Of a stretch of DNA of 64,000 nucleotides, positions 57,996 through 64,000 are shown piece by piece. Position 1 is the stretch's first letter. The number at the start of each line of letters is the position of its first letter. The notes beneath the pieces are model-generated. The model worked only from the letters and a program-made list of their open reading frames with translations, was not told where the DNA came from and searched no databases. The position numbers and the translations under genes are program-made. Source of the stretch: an uncultured Gammaproteobacteria bacterium (GTDB lineage Bacteria > Pseudomonadota > Gammaproteobacteria > Steroidobacterales > Rariloculaceae); the NCBI GenBank assembly GCA_963841645.1, contig CAWJDS010000017.1:215609-279608 (forward strand). The letters run 5' to 3'.

Positions 57996-58802
57996 TTAGG
58001 CAACCCCGAGCATCGCGCGGACCGCCGGCCACGAGCGCTGGCCGTTCGCGCGCATCTCTTCCGCGAGCTCTATCGGCAGCCAGTCGACGAACGCCGCGCG
58101 AAACGTCGATCGCGCGCGGACGCGCGCGAACCACTGCTCGACCCGCGGCAAGCGGCCGCGCTCCCACAGCCCCTCCATCGCGAGCGCCGCGAGCCGGTTG
58201 ACGTACGGTGCCATCGCGATGTCGGCCATCGTGAACCGGTCGCCGACGAGCCAGTCGGAGCTTGTCAGCGCCTGCTGCATCTTGTGTAGATACGCGTCGT
58301 AGAGGCGGATCTTGTCGGCCGCCCCGGGGGCGTCGAGGCCTTGCTGGATCCACTGCCACTTGAGCGTGCGGGCCGCAGCCCCTTCGTGCGCGCCGAGCGC
58401 GAGAAAATCCTCGAAGCTGCCGGCGCCGTTGCGCAGGATCGTGTGCCGGTGCGAAACGATGTAGGTGAGCGCGGAGCACGCGGGATGCAGCTCCTCGTCC
58501 ACGGCTTTGGTCCAGATACGCACGCGCGCGCGTTCCAGAGGCGGCGACGGATAGAGCGGGTTCTCGGGAAACGTTTCCTCTGCGTACTCACAGATCACGG
58601 TGGATTCGACGATCACCGCACCGTCGTGCACGAGCACGGGCACGACGGCCTTCGGGTTCAACGCGAGGAACTCCGGCGCGAATTGCTCGCCCTTCAAGAT
58701 GTCGACGTAGCGGCTCACCCACGTGAGCCGCTTCTCCGCGAGCGCGAAGCGCACCTTCGCGGCGCATGCGGACGAACCGTGGTGATAGAGCTCGAGGGCC
58801 AT
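57996..58802 (-). CDS. glutathione S-transferase family protein
   Basis: LELYHHGSSACAAKVRFALAEKRL, LNPKAVVPVLVHDGAVIVESTVICEYAEETFP, and a C-terminal helical domain (FTMADIAMAPYVNRL). Confidence 0.85.
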   Translation of the reverse strand: MALELYHHGSSACAAKVRFALAEKRLTWVSRYVDILKGEQFAPEFLALNPKAVVPVLVHDGAVIVESTVICEYAEETFPENPLYPSPPLERARVRIWTKAVDEELHPACSALTYIVSHRHTILRNGAGSFEDFLALGAHEGAAARTLKWQWIQQGLDAPGAADKIRLYDAYLHKMQQALTSSDWLVGDRFTMADIAMAPYVNRLAALAMEGLWERGRLPRVEQWFARVRARSTFRAAFVDWLPIELAEEMRANGQRSWPAVRAMLGVA

Positions 58803-58826
58803 CGGCGAACGAGACGAGGCGTGCCG

Positions 58827-60164
58827 CTACGGCTTCTTCGTGAACGTGTCCCAGGTGCGCAGCAGCTGTCCCGCGAGCTTGTTCGGGTCCGCGCCCTCGA
58901 TCGGCTCGAACTTCTGTATACGGCCCGCGAAGCAATCGGCGACGTACAGATTACCGAGCTGATCGGTCGTTAGGCCGTGCAGGCAGCTGAAGCGGCCCGG
59001 CTGCGGGCCCGGCGCGCCCCAGCCATAGAGGAAGTTGCCGTCGAGATCGAACTTGAGGATTCGATTCGTGCGGCCGTCGCCGGCCCAGATGAAGCCTTTG
59101 TCGTCGATGAAGTGATTCGTCACGAGCGTCGCTTGGCTCGCGGGCCAATGCGGCGACCGCAGCGACCACATCGTGATGAACTTGCCGTCGGTGTCGAACA
59201 CTTGCATCCGCTCGTGGCCGCGATCGACGACGAACAGACGGCCGTCCTTGCTGATCGCGATGCTGTGGACCGTGTTGAACTCGTTCGGTCCGGGATGCTG
59301 CGGGTCCTTCGGCGCTTGGCCCCAGTCCTTCACGAAGTTGTCGTTCTTGTCGTACTTCGCCACGCGGGTGCCACCGTAGCCGTCGGTGATGAAGTAAGTG
59401 CCGTCGGGCAGCCACGCGATGTCGGTTGGACGGTTGAAGTTGTTCGGCCCGCGTCCCGCGACGCCGAGCTCGCCCTTCTTCATGTCGAGCTTACCGTCGT
59501 GCGTGAAGCGGTAGATCATGTGCTGCTGGTCGTCGATGATCCAAACGTGCTTCTCGGGATCGTATGGGCTGATCTTGATTTGATGCGGCCCGCGGCCGCA
59601 CGGCGTCGCGCTGAACAGCTTGTCGAGCTCCGGCCACTCGTCGACGAGCTCGCCGGCGCGATTCACCACGAAGATCGAATGCTCGAACCGCCGCTCCCAA
59701 CCGCGCTTCGGCTCCTCGCCGCAGGTAGCGGTCATCCCGTCGCCGTTGCCTGTCGCCGTGCGCGCCGGATTCAGCGCGACATAGGGAGTCCACGGCGCAG
59801 CCCCTGCGGGCAGCGGCAGCTCGCCGCGCATCGCAATCCAAATCCGGTCCGGCGACTCGGCGTACACGCTGCCGAACGAGCCCCAGGTCCAGCCGTCGTG
59901 CGAGTGGCGCGTGTCGGGCAACGGCTTCGGCCAGTTCTCGACGACTTTGTAAGGGCCGGTCGGCCAGTCTTGATAGCTCCACGGCTCGCGCCCGCCGCTG
60001 CTGCCGTGCGAGCTCGCGTCGGGCGTGCCGTAACGCGCTGTGCCTTGCGCGGCTGTAGACGACTGCGCTCCCTGCGATTGGGACTGCTCGCAACCTGCGA
60101 GTTGAAGGGCGAGCAGCAATGACAGCGTCGCAGTCAGCGACGTGAGTGAAGTGGCGCCGCGCAT
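58827..60164 (-). CDS. exported NHL-repeat six-bladed beta-propeller protein
   Basis: Lipoprotein-like signal LLLALQLAGC. Repeats such as GRLFVVDRGHERMQVFDTDGKFI, KGFIWAGDGRTNRILKFDLDGNFL, GNLYVADCFAGRIQKFEP. Confidence 0.75.
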   Translation of the reverse strand: MRGATSLTSLTATLSLLLALQLAGCEQSQSQGAQSSTAAQGTARYGTPDASSHGSSGGREPWSYQDWPTGPYKVVENWPKPLPDTRHSHDGWTWGSFGSVYAESPDRIWIAMRGELPLPAGAAPWTPYVALNPARTATGNGDGMTATCGEEPKRGWERRFEHSIFVVNRAGELVDEWPELDKLFSATPCGRGPHQIKISPYDPEKHVWIIDDQQHMIYRFTHDGKLDMKKGELGVAGRGPNNFNRPTDIAWLPDGTYFITDGYGGTRVAKYDKNDNFVKDWGQAPKDPQHPGPNEFNTVHSIAISKDGRLFVVDRGHERMQVFDTDGKFITMWSLRSPHWPASQATLVTNHFIDDKGFIWAGDGRTNRILKFDLDGNFLYGWGAPGPQPGRFSCLHGLTTDQLGNLYVADCFAGRIQKFEPIEGADPNKLAGQLLRTWDTFTKKP

Positions 60165-60405
60165 GTTGTTCCCCCCGGATTCCTAGCGATGGCGACGCGT
60201 CATGGTGAGCGAATCGCGTAGAGGAGTCGAGCGGCGAGCGGCTCCGCATGCGGTTCGAGCCGCGAGCTGCAACGTCGAAGGTTGGTGGCGTCGAACGGCG
60301 GCCGAAGCTGTCCTTTTCGGGGGGAAGGAGGTTCGACTAGCGGCCGCCGTCCGTCACCGCGACGCAGTGTGCGCGAGCCGCAGCGACAACGTCGTAGCAA
60401 TTCGG

Positions 60406-60834
60406 TTACGAGTTGGTGACGCGCCCACGCCCGACGCACACCGCGATCGTGACGCCGACGAGCAGCGACGAGACGAGCTCGAGCGCGAGCTGCTTCAGCA
60501 CGATCTCGGTCGGCCACGGCTGCTCGGCGAACCAGAGCAGCCAGAGCGGCACTTGGCCGATCACCCAGCCGAGAACGCCGAGCTTGAGCCCTTGCACGAC
60601 ACGCGAGCCAGCGAACGTCACGCGGAGATAGACCCAGACGAGCCCGCCGACCCACGCAAGGTGCGCCAGTGGCAAGAAGGCGAACTGCCACGCCGGGTCT
60701 TTGCCGCCGCGCAGCAGCGTCCCGTAGTACGGTGCATAGTCCGCGGCGAGCACGTAGCCGTGCACGAGCGTCGCGAGCAGCTCCGCGACGAACAACGCCG
60801 CAAGACCGGTAAGAAGAACACGCGTCTTCGTCAT
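60406..60834 (-). CDS. hypothetical four-TM membrane protein (142 aa)
   Basis: MTKTRVLLTGLAALFVAELLATLVHGYVL...; intact. No family recognised with confidence. Confidence 0.55.
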   Translation of the reverse strand: MTKTRVLLTGLAALFVAELLATLVHGYVLAADYAPYYGTLLRGGKDPAWQFAFLPLAHLAWVGGLVWVYLRVTFAGSRVVQGLKLGVLGWVIGQVPLWLLWFAEQPWPTEIVLKQLALELVSSLLVGVTIAVCVGRGRVTNS

Positions 60835-60948
60835 GGTCTCGTCCTCTTGTTTGATCTTCTTGCGTTCGAGACGGTGGCTGACGGTAGCAACACGGGCGGC
60901 CGTGGTCTAGGATCGCAGCACCCGCTGTAGCCATAATCGCCATAGCCT

Positions 60949-61254
60949 ATGACGAGCGTACGTATCGACCCGTATCTGGTTGACTCCCTACTGCCGGATC
61001 TCGCCGGCCACGACCATCGGCCGTCCGCGTTCCTCGTGTATCTGTTTCTCTGGCACGCCGCGGGCGGAGCGAAGAAGAAGGGTATCGCGTGCAGCTATCA
61101 AGAGATCGCCATGCGCACGGGTCTCGCGAAGCGTACCGTGCAGCTCGCGGTCGCCCACCTCGTGCGGCGGCGGCTGCTCGCGGTCGCACAGGCGACGCCG
61201 ACCGCGACGCCCGTCTACACCGTACTGATGCCATGGAAGCGAGGCGCTGGCTAA
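60949..61254 (+). CDS. small winged-helix/HTH-like hypothetical protein (101 aa)
   Basis: SYQEIAMRTGLAKRTVQLAVAHLVRRRLL looks like an HTH segment. Intact. Confidence 0.45.
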   Translation: MTSVRIDPYLVDSLLPDLAGHDHRPSAFLVYLFLWHAAGGAKKKGIACSYQEIAMRTGLAKRTVQLAVAHLVRRRLLAVAQATPTATPVYTVLMPWKRGAG

Positions 61255-61335
61255 CGTCTTAACGACTACAGCAGACGCTGCGCTCCTGGACCGAGCGCAC
61301 CGCCGTTGCTACCGTCGCGCGCACAGAGGTGGCAG

Positions 61336-61701
61336 ATGATCAAAGCGATCAAGTTCGTGACGATTCCGGTTCGCGACCAAGATGCGTCGCTGCGCTTCTT
61401 TACAGAGAAGCTCGGCTTCCGAGTCCACACCGACCAGCCATACAACGACAAGCAGCGCTGGATCGAGCTGCGCGTCGGCAACGCTCCGACGAGCCTCGTG
61501 CTGTTTACTGCCGACGGCGATGCGGATTTCATCGGCCGCGGTTTTCACGGCAGTCTCGTCTGCGACAAGCTCGAGAAGACTTACGAGGAGCTCGTCGCGA
61601 AGGGCGTCGAGTTCATCACGCCGCCGACCAAAGCGCCGTGGGGCTCGTTCGCCGTGTTCAAAGACATCGACGGCAATCGATTCGTGATGTCGGCCGCCTG
61701 A
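61336..61701 (+). CDS. VOC/glyoxalase-family protein
   Basis: MIKAIKFVTIPVRDQDASLRFFTEKLGF...KAPWGSFAVFKDIDGNRFVM. The ORF extends to 61306. Confidence 0.85.
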   Translation: MIKAIKFVTIPVRDQDASLRFFTEKLGFRVHTDQPYNDKQRWIELRVGNAPTSLVLFTADGDADFIGRGFHGSLVCDKLEKTYEELVAKGVEFITPPTKAPWGSFAVFKDIDGNRFVMSAA

Positions 61702-61718
61702 GACTCAGCGGAGAGACT

Positions 61719-62156
61719 ATGCGCCTATTGTTCATCCCGTTGCTGCTCGTCGCCGGCGCCGTCGTGGCGGACACGACCGCCGATTTGGTCGGGCTCGAGC
61801 AGAGGCTGACCGATGCGCTCCAGCGCTCCGACGTCGATGCGGTGGCCGCGCTCTGGGCGGACGACCTCGTCTGGATTGGCTTGAGCGGTAAGCAGAGCTC
61901 GAAGGCGGAACAGCTGGCCGGAATGAAGGCGCAAGCGGCGGCTCCAGGATCGGCGCCGGCCGTCGTCGGTGTCGTGAACAAGGACGTCAAGGTGCGGGTG
62001 TACGGCGAGTCGGCCGTCGTGACGGTCCTTTCCACTTGGACGATACGCACTGCGGAGGGCGAACGCGCCTCGGACTATCTCGCGACGCACGTGTGGAACG
62101 AGCGCGGAGGGCAGTGGCGACTCGTCTCGGCGCACATCTCCAGAGTCGCGCCTTAG
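61719..62156 (+). CDS. secreted NTF2-like (DUF4440/SnoaL-type) protein
   Basis: Signal MRLLFIPLLLVAGAVVA. LEQRLTDALQRSDVDAVAALWADDLVWIG...ATHVWNERGGQWRLVSAHIS. Confidence 0.7.
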   Translation: MRLLFIPLLLVAGAVVADTTADLVGLEQRLTDALQRSDVDAVAALWADDLVWIGLSGKQSSKAEQLAGMKAQAAAPGSAPAVVGVVNKDVKVRVYGESAVVTVLSTWTIRTAEGERASDYLATHVWNERGGQWRLVSAHISRVAP

Positions 62157-62204
62157 AGCTCCCCACTGACTCCCGGCTACTGCTCCGGCTGACTACCGCG
62201 CTAA

Positions 62205-62690
62205 CTACCAATAGGCGATCAGCCGTCCGCACGCGAGCGCGGTGAGCCACGATGCGAGCGACACTCCGCCGAACCACTTGAGTTGCCGCCGCTCGCCCGG
62301 CGTGAGCTCGCGCGCGCCGCGCGCGCGCCATGCGGGCACGAAGCCGAGCGCGAGCGCGTTCACGAGACCGAGCGCGATCGCGGGAAACTTGATCAAGAGC
62401 AGCGGGTTGCCGATGTACTCCGTCGCGTTCGTAACGATCAGGCACGAGCCGCTGAGCGCCGCGATCGCGAAGCCCGCCATCGCAAGCGGCACCGTCGGTG
62501 CGGCGACCGCGGCGAGCGGCGCGCGCGCGAACGCGCCGAGCAGACGGAGGTCGAGCACGAGCACGCTGCCGAACAGCGTCGCGACGCCGAGAATGTGGAC
62601 GAGGTTCGTGACGCCGTAGCTCCAGACGCCGGCGCCGCGCATCGCGACGCCGAGGCTCGAGCCCTCGAGCCACGTGAGGAGCTCGGTCAA
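62205..62690 (-). CDS. hypothetical four-TM membrane protein downstream of the DUF6152-like gene
   Basis: Intact 161 aa. WSYGVTNLVHILGVATLFGSVLVLDLRLLG. Separated from the upstream gene by 28 nt. Confidence 0.6.
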   Translation of the reverse strand: MTELLTWLEGSSLGVAMRGAGVWSYGVTNLVHILGVATLFGSVLVLDLRLLGAFARAPLAAVAAPTVPLAMAGFAIAALSGSCLIVTNATEYIGNPLLLIKFPAIALGLVNALALGFVPAWRARGARELTPGERRQLKWFGGVSLASWLTALACGRLIAYW

Positions 62691-62718
62691 AGCTCGGGCC
62701 TAAAGGCGCCGCGAAGGT

Positions 62719-63096
62719 CTATAGCCGATCCGGATAGACGTCGTAGTTCTTGCCGTTCCAGGTCACGCGCTCGGTCTTAACCTCGAGCTTCTTCGGGTCG
62801 AGGTTGCGCTTGCCGGAAATCGTGACCTCGGCTCCAACCGGAATCACACCTTCCTCGAGCCCCGCGGCCTTCGTGCGCGGCGGTGGCGCGAGCGTGAGGT
62901 CCCAAACCTGACCCTTCTCGTCCTTGATCTGCATCGTCGCGTGCGGGCCCGAGAGGCTCACGCCCTTCGCGACTGTGCCCTTGAGCGTGAAATTCTCCGT
63001 GCCTTGTCCGGACCAACCGTGGTGGGCGAGCGCGCTCGCAGATATCGTGAGGCCGACGACTGCAGCGCAGAAACCGTTGACGATCTTGCTTTGCAT
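62719..63096 (-). CDS. DUF6152-like small periplasmic protein
   Basis: aaggagg lies upstream of ATG 63096. Signal MQSKIVNGFCAAVVGLTISASALA, then HHGWSGQGTENFTLKGTV...PVGAEVTISG. Confidence 0.6.
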   Translation of the reverse strand: MQSKIVNGFCAAVVGLTISASALAHHGWSGQGTENFTLKGTVAKGVSLSGPHATMQIKDEKGQVWDLTLAPPPRTKAAGLEEGVIPVGAEVTISGKRNLDPKKLEVKTERVTWNGKNYDVYPDRL

Positions 63097-63186
63097 GGGA
63101 GCCTCCTTGGACTGCAACCTGTTCTGTGGACCGTGTTCGGACGATACCACACGGCGGCGCGGGCGGCGTGCCGCGCTGCTAGCCGC

Positions 63187-63765
63187 TCAGATGCCTAGCA
63201 GCTCACGGCCGTAATTCCAGAGCCCACGGCCCGCGAAGATGTAGAGCGCGCAGATCGCGCCTTCGCCGACGAGCACGCCGAGCATGAAGCGGCGAAACGA
63301 GATCTGCATCGCGCCGCAGACGTAGCAGATGAGGTCCGTCGGCGCGAGCGGGAAGAAGCTCCAGACCATCACGATCGTCGTCGGGTTGCGTGCGAGCGCC
63401 GCGCGGACGCGGGCGACCGCGGCGGCGTGCTTCGTCTCGAAATACTCGGCGAGATGCAGCGAGCCCGCAAACGCGTAGATGCTCGCGGAGGAGACGAGGA
63501 TTCCGACCAGCGTGAGCACGAGCAGCGGCAGCGGCGGGAAGATCGGAATCGCGAGCAGCACGAGGTTCGCGGCCGGAATCAGCGTGAAGCCGCGCACGCA
63601 GCCGAGCGCGAGATAGAGCGCGTAGCCGAGCAGCAGCGACGATGCCGCGACGTCGCGAAACTCTGAGCCCCACGTGCCCGAGCGGGACCAGTAGAGCAGC
63701 ACGAACGCCGCGACGAAGAGCAACCACAGAACGAGGCGAACGCGCGTGGCGGTCGGGGGCATCAC
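63187..63765 (-). CDS. TVP38/TMEM64 (DedA/VTT-domain-like) membrane protein
   Basis: GFTLIPAANLVLLAIPIFPP...FFPLAPTDLICYVCGAMQISFRRFMLGVLVGEGAICALY fits the VTT-domain pattern as I remember it. Confidence 0.55.
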   Translation of the reverse strand: MMPPTATRVRLVLWLLFVAAFVLLYWSRSGTWGSEFRDVAASSLLLGYALYLALGCVRGFTLIPAANLVLLAIPIFPPLPLLVLTLVGILVSSASIYAFAGSLHLAEYFETKHAAAVARVRAALARNPTTIVMVWSFFPLAPTDLICYVCGAMQISFRRFMLGVLVGEGAICALYIFAGRGLWNYGRELLGI

Positions 63766-63785
63766 GGCGCGGATTCTACGCGTGA

Positions 63786-64000
63786 TCAGACGAAGCCACG
63801 GAGCTCGACTCTGAGCAGCATCGCCGGCACGCGAGGGTCGTCGGAGTCCGTCAGCAACCAGCCGCCGCGGGCGTCGCGATCGATCGCGACGCCCTCGACT
63901 TTGTACGGGCTCGGCCGCCCGTCGCTACCGAGGAGTCGAGTCCAGCGTGCGCCGCCGCCATTCGCGCTCGGCTCGAGCAAGCCGACGACGGAGCCCAATA
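63786..64000 (-). CDS. C-terminal end of a hypothetical protein (gene continues beyond the right edge)
   Basis: ...SPYKVEGVAIDRDARGGWLLTDSDDPRVPAMLLRVELRGFV-stop. The ORF is open to the window end. Confidence 0.4.
   Translation of the reverse strand, partial: LGSVVGLLEPSANGGGARWTRLLGSDGRPSPYKVEGVAIDRDARGGWLLTDSDDPRVPAMLLRVELRGFV

Overview
Very GC-rich bacterial chromosomal window (by eye about two-thirds to 70% G+C, strong GC3 codon bias). I reconstruct about 66 protein-coding genes. I recognised no rRNA, tRNA, CRISPR array, transposase or integrase by eye. Layout: (1) 1-5414, a six-gene hyf/hyc-type complex-I-like membrane module. (2) 5.5-11.9 kb, signalling and stress genes: PAS-GGDEF, Crp/Fnr, OmpA-family, CsbD, Fe/Mn SOD, OYE flavoreductase. 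(3) 12-25 kb, mostly exported hydrolases and unknowns: amidohydrolase, DUF6152-fusion protein, NTF2-like proteins, orphan MacB-like permease, secreted ankyrin protein, carboxylesterase, PHB-depolymerase-type esterase. (4) 24.6-28.1 kb, an ECF sigma/anti-sigma pair divergent from an S8 peptidase plus a secreted low-complexity protein. (5) 29.8-35.3 kb, a compact six-gene operon: HPr-kinase-like protein, GT2, PqqD/RRE-like protein, GT2 and two PF14907-type nucleotidyltransferases. It has no visible precursor, cyclase, protease or exporter, and is my best candidate for an uncharacterised peptide/protein modification system. (6) 35-47 kb: DUF1684, MBL hydrolase, a DUF1592/DUF1552 pair, UrcA-like protein, sugar MFS transporter. 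(7) 45.7-49 kb, a second ECF sigma with a membrane protein and an ABC-2 transporter. (8) 49-55 kb: Ada-AlkA fusion, Ogt, cupin, YebC, family-B DNA polymerase. (9) 55-64 kb: Tat-signal MmgE/PrpD protein, ICMT-like methyltransferase, GST, NHL propeller, VOC, NTF2-like protein, DUF6152 plus membrane partner, TVP38-like protein. Major caveat: 22 of the 66 genes are only readable after one or more frame changes. These disruptions cluster in blocks (1-5.4 kb, 12.1-13.4 kb, 40.9-43.4 kb, 51-55.2 kb). For those genes I give envelope coordinates and type pseudogene, meaning 'disrupted as read'. Consensus indel error is at least as likely as true decay. All family assignments come from motif recognition by eye, with no searches run.
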